From: a virus
Direction: 5' to 3' (one strand)
Length of the DNA stretch: 64,000 nucleotides
Virus record (IMG/VR): IMGVR_UViG_3300034782_000041
Coordinates: 74,407-138,406 of that record
This document shows, piece by piece, positions 10,269-18,079 of this stretch (position 1 is the stretch's first letter; every line of letters begins with the position of its first letter). The translations under genes were made by a program, and so were the position numbers. The notes beneath the pieces were generated by a model. That model ran no database searches, was not told the DNA's origin, and saw only the letters and a program-made list of their open reading frames with translations.

Positions 10269-10566
10269 CGCGCGAATCTGAAACCATCTGGAGTGGTAAT
10301 GACGGTCGGGTCTTTTACTGGGGCACCTGAAAACGCCGGTTGAGTTCCTGTAGCATGGTTTCAGTAGGCAACGACATGAGCCGGTCAAATTCTGGGATTT
10401 CGATTCGGCGGTCGAGGAGATGGCAGAACAGCACGAGATGTGCAGTGCAGAGATCCCACTTGAGCGCGGGCCGGTTGCAGAGCGGAGCGTCACACATTGT
10501 GCTGTTTTCTGTAGGTATCGAGCTGTTTGCGCAGTTGCCGTACTTCGTGTTCTTGCCTCATCGCGC

Positions 10567-11031
10567 TCACGGCGCCTCCTTGTCGGCAGTTTCAGCCAGC
10601 AACGCGCTTGTTTCTTGCTCCAGTTGCGCATCACGATCCTCGGGCACCAGTAACCACTGGTAGAGCATTCCGCGCAATTTGGCGACATGCTTGCGGTAGC
10701 GGTCGCGCTCGGCCTTCGTTCGCAACGTCACCATGAGCTTGTCTTTGCCATCGAGTAAGAGGTAGGAGGCGACGGTCTCAACAACCTTGCGGGCCTGGAG
10801 CCGATACTCATCGCGTTCATGCTCTTGCAGTTCGTCATCGCGAGTGTCCCGAGGGGCGTCGGTCTTCCAGTGTCGCTGCGGCTTGCCGAAGACGTTCTCG
10901 AACTCTTCAGGGCAGATTCCACCAGCATGCCGATAGATGACTTCAGCGATCTGCTCTATCAGGTCTTCATTCGGTGAGGTCACGGGGCTCCTTCCAACGG
11001 TAGTAATAGTAACCTTGGCCTGCGAGAGCAC
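10567..11031 (-). CDS. hypothetical protein
   Basis: 154-aa ORF, acidic/charged, protein-like. Confidence 0.5.
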   Translation of the reverse strand: MLSQAKVTITTVGRSPVTSPNEDLIEQIAEVIYRHAGGICPEEFENVFGKPQRHWKTDAPRDTRDDELQEHERDEYRLQARKVVETVASYLLLDGKDKLMVTLRTKAERDRYRKHVAKLRGMLYQWLLVPEDRDAQLEQETSALLAETADKEAP

Positions 11032-11371
11032 GGCGCGTAACGTTGGTGATCTCCTGGGACCAGTCCTTGTCAGGGTTCTCGTAGATGTCCATCAGGAGGC
11101 GGAACATGCAGGGAGCTGCGGCGGCAAGCTTCGCTCGGGTGTGGGCTGAGACCTCTGGAGGAGTTGACCCGTCGAGGCGTCCCTGTGGATCTGGGATCGC
11201 CCTGAGCCAAAGCCTTCCAACGCCGCCCGCTCGAACCAGGAGCCCACGATTCCACTTCCAGGGGTTGTTAGGGTCCTTCATGTAGTCGGTCACAGGCTGA
11301 TCGAGGCGCCCGCAGACGGCCCATTCCTCTGTGTAGACCATGGGGTCAGTGAAGCTTTCGGGCATCGTCAT
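10967..11371 (-). CDS. hypothetical protein
   Basis: Start MTMPESF at 11371 forms ATGA overlap with the stop of the upstream gene; the ORF-track 5' extension is low-complexity. Confidence 0.45.
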   Translation of the reverse strand: MTMPESFTDPMVYTEEWAVCGRLDQPVTDYMKDPNNPWKWNRGLLVRAGGVGRLWLRAIPDPQGRLDGSTPPEVSAHTRAKLAAAAPCMFRLLMDIYENPDKDWSQEITNVTRRALAGQGYYYYRWKEPRDLTE

Positions 11372-11910
11372 CCCTCTATCCGTCCAGTGGTCGCCGCGGC
11401 ACGTGTTTTCTTTCGCGGCTGCTTCCGTGCCTGCTTCTGCCACGCTTGCCACTGCTTCTTCGGTGCGTTGATGTGTTTTGCGCAGAGGTGGTGAAAACGA
11501 GGTCCCTTGCTTTGTGCGTTGCATCCTGGCTTGATGCAACGACGCGGGCCCCGGCGCGGGCCACGACGTGAGCCTTGCGGTTTCTGCTTCTCTTCGGGCT
11601 TGCACGCACGTGCGTGAATAGAAGCAGCTCGCTGGGTCTTGAATGTCGTGCCGCAGTGAACACACGCCCAACCGTTTGGTGTCTCTACGATGCCTCGTAT
11701 CGAAGTGATGGCTGCTGTGGCATTGACGTCAGTGACTATCTTCTGAGCTTGCTTCGGCGTGATCGGCCCGGCATCTACTTTGACCGTGTAGGCGAGAGCG
11801 TTGACGACTTCGGTGCGTACGAGGTGATGGAGTTGCGGCCGCAAACGTTCGATCAGCTGCTCGACGCGACGATCAACTTCGGCATCCAGTGTTTGCATGA
11901 GCTTCTTCAT
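11368..11910 (-). CDS. hypothetical protein with Cys/His zinc-finger-like segment and basic tail
   Basis: WACVHCGTTF…HARAC and CIKPGCN…HHLCAKH. Confidence 0.5.
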   Translation of the reverse strand: MKKLMQTLDAEVDRRVEQLIERLRPQLHHLVRTEVVNALAYTVKVDAGPITPKQAQKIVTDVNATAAITSIRGIVETPNGWACVHCGTTFKTQRAASIHARACKPEEKQKPQGSRRGPRRGPRRCIKPGCNAQSKGPRFHHLCAKHINAPKKQWQAWQKQARKQPRKKTRAAATTGRIEG

Positions 11911-11925
11911 AGTACTACTTTCTGG

Positions 11926-12495
11926 CTAGGCCGCCTTGCGTTTACGTGCGCGTCCTGTACGCAGTTTGTGCTTGAGCTGCGCGTTCTCCGTCTCCAACGC
12001 GCGAATACGTTCTTTGAGTTTGCGAACCAACTCGATGTGGCTCGGGCGCCGTTTGGCGGGCTCGATCTTGTTGAGCACCAGAGACACGGTCGTTGGGCAC
12101 GGTGGTCGATCCTCTTTCCGCATGATCTTGTCCAGCTCACGCAGCGCACGCGTCCGCTTGCGTTGATTGCTCGTGCGATTGTGGATGCGGACGAGCACCG
12201 CGCGGCCGTAGCGTCGGAAGGCTTTCTCCCCGAAGGTATCCAGCACAGCCAACGTGTTGCGGACCTCTCTGGGGTTCTCGTAGAGACGGTGACGAAGTAT
12301 GTCGTGAAAGCTGTACTCAGCCAGCTCGTCGTACGCAGCCTGCGACGCGTACCGTTTGCGATCCGTCCACGGCGCCATGTCTCGCAGCTGCCGTAGAATG
12401 AGTGCGCGTTCCAACGCGACCGTATCGCGGCGTGTTCGCATGCCGTGCCAGGCACTCTCGATACGAGACCAGGACAGTCCACGTAGTTTGATCAT
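11926..12495 (-). CDS. hypothetical basic DNA-binding-like protein with C-terminal coiled coil
   Basis: ELVRKLKERIRALETENAQLKHKLR coiled-coil; function unknown. Confidence 0.45.
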   Translation of the reverse strand: MIKLRGLSWSRIESAWHGMRTRRDTVALERALILRQLRDMAPWTDRKRYASQAAYDELAEYSFHDILRHRLYENPREVRNTLAVLDTFGEKAFRRYGRAVLVRIHNRTSNQRKRTRALRELDKIMRKEDRPPCPTTVSLVLNKIEPAKRRPSHIELVRKLKERIRALETENAQLKHKLRTGRARKRKAA

Positions 12496-12509
12496 CGTAC
12501 GCTCCTTTC

Positions 12510-13124
12510 TCAGTCTTCGTAGAGAATGCCGCGAAGAAGTTCTAGAGCTTCGCTCTCAGAGGTAATAGCACCCATCGCGATTCCATCGAACACCCAGCGT
12601 GCTTTCTGGATGGCAGTCTGCGCGCGCTTCGGTGCCATCCGCGTGGCAGGGTCTGACTTCGACGTTTGCGCTTTGGGTCCGTTGTTCGTGCGCTTGTAGT
12701 TTTCGCAGGCGTCAGCCGAGTAGAGATAACGCCTCGGGTGGCCGTCCATGTTGACGGTAGGAATGCGCCCCTGCTTAGCAGCCCAGTTCACACCGCCTTT
12801 GGTCAGGCCTGTGATCCGCGCAGCTTCAGCCACGTCAACCCACCGGTCTGTGTCAATGGCACCATTCGATCCAGGCTTGCCGGCGGCACCGTTCGATCCA
12901 GGCTTGCGTGACCTCTTGCGTGGCTTCTTGCGTGGCTTTCGCTGAGCGGCGAACTTCGCAACATCAGCTTTGGAGTAAGCGTTGCGGTTCGGCCCGAGCC
13001 GTTTGCTGCGGATACGCTTTGAGCGCCCCAACTTCGCGATGTAGTCAGGGGTTACGTCGAGCAGCTTTGCAGCATCATGAGCTGACAGCCACGCCGCGGT
13101 GGACTTCACGGGAGGAACTGGCAT
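12510..13124 (-). CDS. putative DNA-binding protein with two helix-turn-helix-like segments
   Basis: AAKLLDVTPDYIAKL and VAEAARITGLTKGGVNWAAKQGRI resemble MerR/excisionase-type HTH; basic linker. Confidence 0.5.
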   Translation of the reverse strand: MPVPPVKSTAAWLSAHDAAKLLDVTPDYIAKLGRSKRIRSKRLGPNRNAYSKADVAKFAAQRKPRKKPRKRSRKPGSNGAAGKPGSNGAIDTDRWVDVAEAARITGLTKGGVNWAAKQGRIPTVNMDGHPRRYLYSADACENYKRTNNGPKAQTSKSDPATRMAPKRAQTAIQKARWVFDGIAMGAITSESEALELLRGILYED

Positions 13125-13300
13125 TCGTTCTCGTCTTTCGGTTTGCTCCCCACGCGTCGAGGAGTTGAGAGCAGTAGTACAGGGACGCGTCCTACCTCGT
13201 TTTTACCTAGAATTGATGCTGCGTGCAAGCTTCACGTCGATGATCGCGGACGCGATTTTAGCGTGCCATACCACCATCGTGAAGTACCCAAAAAAACGCG

Positions 13301-13540
13301 CTATGAATTCGTCGATGCAGGACCAAAAAATCCAGCGATCACATCGGCCAGGCTGCGCAGCTCCTGTTCAGCAAACCTGGCGTCTGCTTCGTCAATGCCA
13401 GAAGGAACAATAGCTACAAGGCGGCGACCGCTCGGTAGCTCAATCGCCATGACACTGTAGGTATCCCGAGGCATGTCGAGCCCGAGTGTTTCCCACCGTG
13501 CCTTCTTCACACGCACCACGATCGGATCGTCGCTGTCCAC
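13301..13540 (-). CDS. hypothetical protein
   Basis: 79-aa ORF immediately upstream (in coordinates) of the repeat array. Confidence 0.4.
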   Translation of the reverse strand: MDSDDPIVVRVKKARWETLGLDMPRDTYSVMAIELPSGRRLVAIVPSGIDEADARFAEQELRSLADVIAGFFGPASTNS

Positions 13541-13583
13541 GTCACTAAACTCCTCTTTCTTGTTTTCTGCCGGACCCGGACAC

Positions 13584-14145
13584 GTCTAGCCATCGAGCCA
13601 GCATTCTGGGACCACCTGGTGTTGATCTACGGCGTCTCGATTGGGTAGCCATCGAGCTAGCATTCCGGGACACCCGTCCTCGCGTTCTCTGTCACAGTTA
13701 TCGCACGCAGTGTAGTCTGGTTCGTTGTTGTAGCCGCACTCGACACATTTCCAAATGAGTCCAGCACGGATCATGGCTGATTCAATTGCATCGGATTCAT
13801 CATCTTCGAGCTAGCATTCCGGGTCGCGACTTTGAGACCGCGCGCCAGGTTGTCGCTCGCGTCTCGATTGGGTAGCCATCGAGCTAGCATTCTGGGTTCG
13901 ATCTCGACGCGTCGAAAGACGAGCTAGGCTGTCTCGATTGGGTAGCCTCGATCCCAAATCCGACGTCTCGATTGAGTAGTCATCGAGCTAGCATTCCGGG
14001 TCTTCGTTGGTTGCGGGGCCGAGGTCTCGATTGAATAGTCATCGAGCTAGCATGGTTGTCGTCGCCCTTGGTGCTCAAGTCTCGATTGAATAGCCATCGA
14101 GCTAGCATGATTGTCGTCGCCCTTGGTGCTCAAGTCTCGATTGAA
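13584..14145 (-). CRISPR. degenerate distal block of CRISPR array (truncated and variant copies of the 36-bp repeat; includes a 55-bp tandem duplication)
   Basis: Full copies at 13634-13669, 13861-13896, 13965-14000; truncated copies at 13584-13610, 13808-13823, 13931-13947, 14024-14053, 14079-14108, 14134-14145; intervening segments 23-37 bp plus one 138-bp segment; units 14024-14078 and 14079-14133 are a tandem duplicate. Confidence 0.55.
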
Positions 14146-14185
14146 AAGGGATGCTCCCCTGACCGACAAGGAAGCATTCAAGCTG

Positions 14186-14518
14186 CTACATGCCAGTCGC
14201 CTCGACGACCTTCTTGATGATCTTTTCGAGTTTGGCGTACTTCTTCGTGAAGGCGGCTTCGTACCCGGAATGGTAGATACCGACGTCCGGCGTCAGGTAC
14301 GCCTGTAGCACGCTTTTGAGTACGATCTCGGTGTTCGGATTGGCGTACTGCAACTCGTAAATAGCCTCCCGAGCCACATTGATCACCACCTCCGCCTTTT
14401 CCCGCTCATATGGTTGTAGGAGGTCTTCCAGAGTCTCGATCAATCGGTCGGCGGCAGACACCAACGTTTCACGGACCTGTGGATCCGTTCTTTTCTTCGG
14501 TCTCGGTTTCATTCCCAT
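14186..14518 (-). CDS. hypothetical 110-aa protein encoded inside the CRISPR array (between the two repeat blocks)
   Basis: ORF with GGAGGA RBS 6 nt upstream of ATG (minus strand …acggaggactgaaATG); flanked on both sides by array repeats. Confidence 0.5.
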   Translation of the reverse strand: MGMKPRPKKRTDPQVRETLVSAADRLIETLEDLLQPYEREKAEVVINVAREAIYELQYANPNTEIVLKSVLQAYLTPDVGIYHSGYEAAFTKKYAKLEKIIKKVVEATGM

Positions 14519-14550
14519 TTCAGTCCTCCGTGTCTACATCCTGGCGTGGC

Positions 14551-14951
14551 GTCTTGATTGAATAGCCATCGAGCTAGCATTCCGGGGGGCCGGCCACGGA
14601 AAAACACCGCTGGCCCCGTTTTGTAGTCTCGATTGGGTAGCCATCGAGCTAGCATTCCGGGTCTGGGGCGCGAACGCCTTCGGGCTCGGCTCGATACGGT
14701 CTCGATTGAGTAGCCATCGAGCTAGCATTCCGGGGAGCACCCCGAGGAGCGAACTGGCTTCCGCTACGCGTCTCGATTGAGTAGCCATCGAGCTAGCATT
14801 TCGGGTGGCAGAAAGCTTTGGCCGCGGCAATTGCACGCGAGCTGTCTCGATTGAGTAGTCATCGAGCTGGCATTCCGGGGCGGCTGCGCCAGTGGTTTGA
14901 AACGCACACCCGACTGTCTCGATTGAGTAGCCATCGAGCTAGCATTCCGGG
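14551..14951 (-). CRISPR. CRISPR array, six 36-bp direct repeats (consensus plus-strand GTCTCGATTGAGTAGCCATCGAGCTAGCATTCCGGG) with five unique 35-39 bp spacers
   Basis: Repeats at 14551, 14626, 14699, 14770, 14844, 14916; spacers 39/37/35/38/36 bp; each repeat contains inverted repeat CTCGAT…ATCGAG (6-bp stem, 9-nt loop); variation among copies is confined to the loop. Confidence 0.8.
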
Positions 14952-16522
14952 GGCACCTCGTTTTTCTTGTGCCGTTTCGCGAACCTGGAGGTCGTTTTTC
15001 GAGCGGTAGGTTTTTTCCATTTGCCGGCTTGGTAGAGGGCCCACATGTTTCGGGTGCTTATGTCGTCGCAGTCTCGTTGCGTACCACACCCCTCGCAACG
15101 AAGCATGCGTTGTCCGTTCACGGGAGTGATTGTGCCACAATCGGGGCAACGCGCACTCGTGTGCTTCGCTTCTACGATCCGCATTCCATCGGCGCCAAAC
15201 ACTTCCCGTAGCACCTCCACTGTTTCTCCTGGTGCCGCATGTTGTCCTTGCCGTTGAGCCTTCTGAGGCAGCCCGTGTTCCTCCTTGATCTTCTTGTGCC
15301 CTGTATTCTTGACGATGACAGCCGCGTATTGACAGCGTAGCTCACGCACCCATTCACGCAGCGCTGCGCGACGTCCGGTTCGGCTACGCCGCCAGCAACC
15401 GCACTCATACCGCCAGAGATGCATTTCGCGTGCAACCCACGCGTCTTGATCCGCGGTGAGTACTCCTAGACTACGTAGTCTTCGTACAGCCTTTTGGCAG
15501 GATTTCGTCTTACCGACTACAGGCCAGCACGCCCGTACTTCGTTGAGGCGCTTGTCACGGTGTGAGTGGATCTTCTCCGCACGGTCAGCGCGTGCCGTCC
15601 AACTGACTGGCATGCGTAGCTCACTCACGTGACCGGCCGCATCACGCGCGTAGCCCAATCGCCAGGAGCCGTCAGGCATCTTGCGCCAGCTGACGTCTAC
15701 CGCAACGACGCCTTCCTCGGCCGCGTCCGTCCTTGGGTCAGCATCCTTGCAAGTGAACGCGACCGACCAAACCTGCTGATCGGCATTGTAACGCCGCCGC
15801 ACATGGACATGTGTGATTTGTCCAGACAGCTCGCGGTGCTTTTCTATGCGGATCGGGGTGCAGAAAATGGGTGTAGCCCCATTGCTGCCGATCCTAATTT
15901 CTACCGTGTGCCGTCCAAGTCCGTTACGTGTACGTCTTCCTGTCCGTGCGTCTGGCGCTTTGTGAGTCTGTACGTACCGATGAGGATCTCTTCCGGGTTG
16001 AATTTGGACGGCCGCGACGTCTCCTTTGCGCCACGACCGGAATTTCACCGGGCGGAGCAGAGACGTGTGTTGCCAGGCTGCCGAGAAGGCCTGTTCGATC
16101 ACGTTGTAGGTTCCCCAGTAGAGTCCTTTCGCCGCCCATGTAGTTCGTAATGGACGAACGTCGAGTAGCGGTATAGCACGGGTAGCTGCCCACACTGCAT
16201 TCCAGTGCGCGCGGCAAGCCGCACACTTACAGTTGTCGTGCTCTGCCGGGTGCGCCTCGCGGTGCTTTTCGCACTCAGCGCAGTCGCAGTCGTACTTCTC
16301 GTGGGGAGGCGACGTCTTCGCCCATGCATCTTGGCACTTCTCGCACTGACATCTACCTCGGTGCGGTGGTGGTGGCGGAGATTCGCCGCCCCATCCGATT
16401 TGGCGCCGCTTGTTCTCCGCTTCAACGAGCGCGTTGTAGTACTGACGGCCTAGCCTCATCTGCCTGAGCAAGTTCGGATCTTGGCTAGGGCGGGCTCCAT
16501 ACTTGTAAACGCGTGCTGGCAT
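14939..16522 (-). CDS. cas12: TnpB/Cas12-family RuvC nuclease-like protein, candidate single-effector of a type V CRISPR-Cas system
   Basis: N-terminus VYKYGARPSQDPNLLRQMRLGRQYYNAL matches the TnpB/Cas12 WED start; GVVAVDVSW (RuvC-I-like); GMRIVEAKHTSARCPDCG…RCEGCGTQRDCDDISTRNM (zinc finger plus RuvC-III RD motif); probable start 16522 with AAGGAG RBS; 3' end overlaps the first array repeat. Confidence 0.8.
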   Translation of the reverse strand: MPARVYKYGARPSQDPNLLRQMRLGRQYYNALVEAENKRRQIGWGGESPPPPPHRGRCQCEKCQDAWAKTSPPHEKYDCDCAECEKHREAHPAEHDNCKCAACRAHWNAVWAATRAIPLLDVRPLRTTWAAKGLYWGTYNVIEQAFSAAWQHTSLLRPVKFRSWRKGDVAAVQIQPGRDPHRYVQTHKAPDARTGRRTRNGLGRHTVEIRIGSNGATPIFCTPIRIEKHRELSGQITHVHVRRRYNADQQVWSVAFTCKDADPRTDAAEEGVVAVDVSWRKMPDGSWRLGYARDAAGHVSELRMPVSWTARADRAEKIHSHRDKRLNEVRACWPVVGKTKSCQKAVRRLRSLGVLTADQDAWVAREMHLWRYECGCWRRSRTGRRAALREWVRELRCQYAAVIVKNTGHKKIKEEHGLPQKAQRQGQHAAPGETVEVLREVFGADGMRIVEAKHTSARCPDCGTITPVNGQRMLRCEGCGTQRDCDDISTRNMWALYQAGKWKKPTARKTTSRFAKRHKKNEVPPEC

Positions 16523-16556
16523 ACATGCTCCTTTGCTTGGCTCCTCGGAGCCCCAT

Positions 16557-16886
16557 TCAACCAACGTTGCAAGCAGCTAGAGCTGCAATGATCTTCTCCG
16601 ACATGCCTTGTAGGCCTTTACCGTATTCGCGGATTCCACGCACCGTGAGTAGAATATCGCGGAGTTGATCCTGGTCATCGCTGACACGCTGAATGAGGTC
16701 AGCTACCAGGTCGAGAAGGCCAGCTTGCTCTTCTGGCGACAGCGGTTGCAGGATGCCCTCACGAAGCTGTGTGGCCACGATACGGGCCATCTCAGGGCGC
16801 ATTGTCGAGAGGGCTGCCGCAGCACCGCCAGGAACCGTGTATTCGTGTGCGGGATCATCTGTCATCAGCGTTTTCCTCCTCCTCAT
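16557..16886 (-). CDS. hypothetical protein
   Basis: 109-aa ORF directly upstream of the cas12-like gene; no Cas1/Cas2 features. Confidence 0.45.
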   Translation of the reverse strand: MRRRKTLMTDDPAHEYTVPGGAAAALSTMRPEMARIVATQLREGILQPLSPEEQAGLLDLVADLIQRVSDDQDQLRDILLTVRGIREYGKGLQGMSEKIIAALAACNVG

Positions 16887-16910
16887 CGATAGCGTCTTCG
16901 CTATCTCTCC

Positions 16911-17735
16911 TCAAGTCAGGTTGGACGTTTCCGACGCTGATTGAACGATCTCCACTGCGTTGGCCTCGCTCAGATCGAATTCGTCCTTGAGCTTCTTGAT
17001 CAAGCCGGCACGGAACAACGCAGTACGTTCGACGTTCGCCTCCCTGTACTTACCGATGACCTGCAACACAGGCGCCCAGTCTTGGATGAGACCGTCCAGC
17101 GCTTGCGTAACACGGTCAGCGGACGCGATTTTGCGCAGCTCGGCAACGTTGTCACAGACATCGTTGATCACGTCAGCGATTTGTTTTGGCGCGTTGGCGT
17201 CGAGTACGCTGTGGACGATGGCAGTACTGGCCAGCTTTCCTATGCTCGGTACCTCGGCGCTGCTCTGCGCAGCTCCTGCACTGTATATGTTGCGGATACG
17301 TTTGAGCCGATCAATACGGGCCGCGAGATCGCTGAGCCCTGTAGAGGCTGCATCTGCGGTACCAGCTTCAGCTTCAGCTTCAGCTTCAGCTTCAGCTTCA
17401 GCTTCAGCTTCAGCTTCATCTGTGTCATCCTCGTCCGTAATCTCACGAACCGCGAGCATCACGTCACCAAAACGAACCGTGTCGCCGACTTTGACGGCTG
17501 CTTTGTTGATCTGCTTCTCGTTGATGAACGTACCTTGCACGCTACCCAGATCGACTAGGTGGACAATGCCTCCAGGCTCGCACTCGAACACCGCGTGCAT
17601 CCGACTGACTGAAGGATGGTTGAGCTTCAACCCCGAGCGTTTCATTTTTCCAATCTTGATCACACTGCCGCGGCAGGTGTGCACCTCACCTTGCGTGCCG
17701 TCACTGTTGATCTCAGCCAATACGATTGCCCTCAT
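16911..17735 (-). CDS. FHA (forkhead-associated) domain protein with (EA)7 repeat
   Basis: N-terminal GSVIKIG…SRMHAVFE…LVDLGSVQGTFINEKQI…GDTVRFG fits the FHA fold; (GCTTCA)n encodes EAEAEAEAEAEAEA. Confidence 0.7.
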   Translation of the reverse strand: MRAIVLAEINSDGTQGEVHTCRGSVIKIGKMKRSGLKLNHPSVSRMHAVFECEPGGIVHLVDLGSVQGTFINEKQINKAAVKVGDTVRFGDVMLAVREITDEDDTDEAEAEAEAEAEAEAEAEAGTADAASTGLSDLAARIDRLKRIRNIYSAGAAQSSAEVPSIGKLASTAIVHSVLDANAPKQIADVINDVCDNVAELRKIASADRVTQALDGLIQDWAPVLQVIGKYREANVERTALFRAGLIKKLKDEFDLSEANAVEIVQSASETSNLT

Positions 17736-18079
17736 GTTCTCTCCTTCTTCACGAATCGATATTCGGTCGGTTGTCCTGATCGGGGGGCCGCCTCGATTAC
17801 TTTTTCACGTAGCCACTCTTCAAGGGCATTTCGCGCACACACCCGAACCTTTGCGTACCACCAAGCGCCTTCACGGTCATCGGGGCCGAGCCGTTGCGCT
17901 ACCGCTAAGGCGACCGAGCGAGCAGTGAATGTGTTAGCAAATCCCCACCTGGAAGCGGCGTGAGCGTCCTCGACAGTTGGTCTCAGCTTGTTGTTGTTCA
18001 TAATGCGCTGCTCCTCGGAGCCTTCGCTATCCATCGAAATCAGTTCAGTTGCGTCCTCTGCGATGTTGTAGCCCCGCAC
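17732..18079 (-). CDS. hypothetical protein
   Basis: 115-aa ORF. Confidence 0.45.
   Translation of the reverse strand: MRGYNIAEDATELISMDSEGSEEQRIMNNNKLRPTVEDAHAASRWGFANTFTARSVALAVAQRLGPDDREGAWWYAKVRVCARNALEEWLREKVIEAAPRSGQPTEYRFVKKERT

Noticed and set aside
13586-15149. ORF-track entries 13586-13774, 14534-14836, 14818-15009 and 14859-15149, whose translations contain PGMLARWL(L/P)NRD or SSHRASIPG repeated
   Set aside because: These are translations of the 36-bp CRISPR repeat in different frames. Periodic peptides from a DNA repeat are not genes.
14939-16522. Interpreting the TnpB-like gene as an IS200/IS605 or IS607 transposon passenger (tnpB) rather than Cas12
   Set aside because: There is no TnpA (Y1/HUH or serine) transposase, and no recognisable IS end hairpins flank the gene. 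The 3' end is followed by a reiterated repeat-spacer array rather than a single right-end scaffold. A TnpB-derived origin is still plausible and is noted in the findings.
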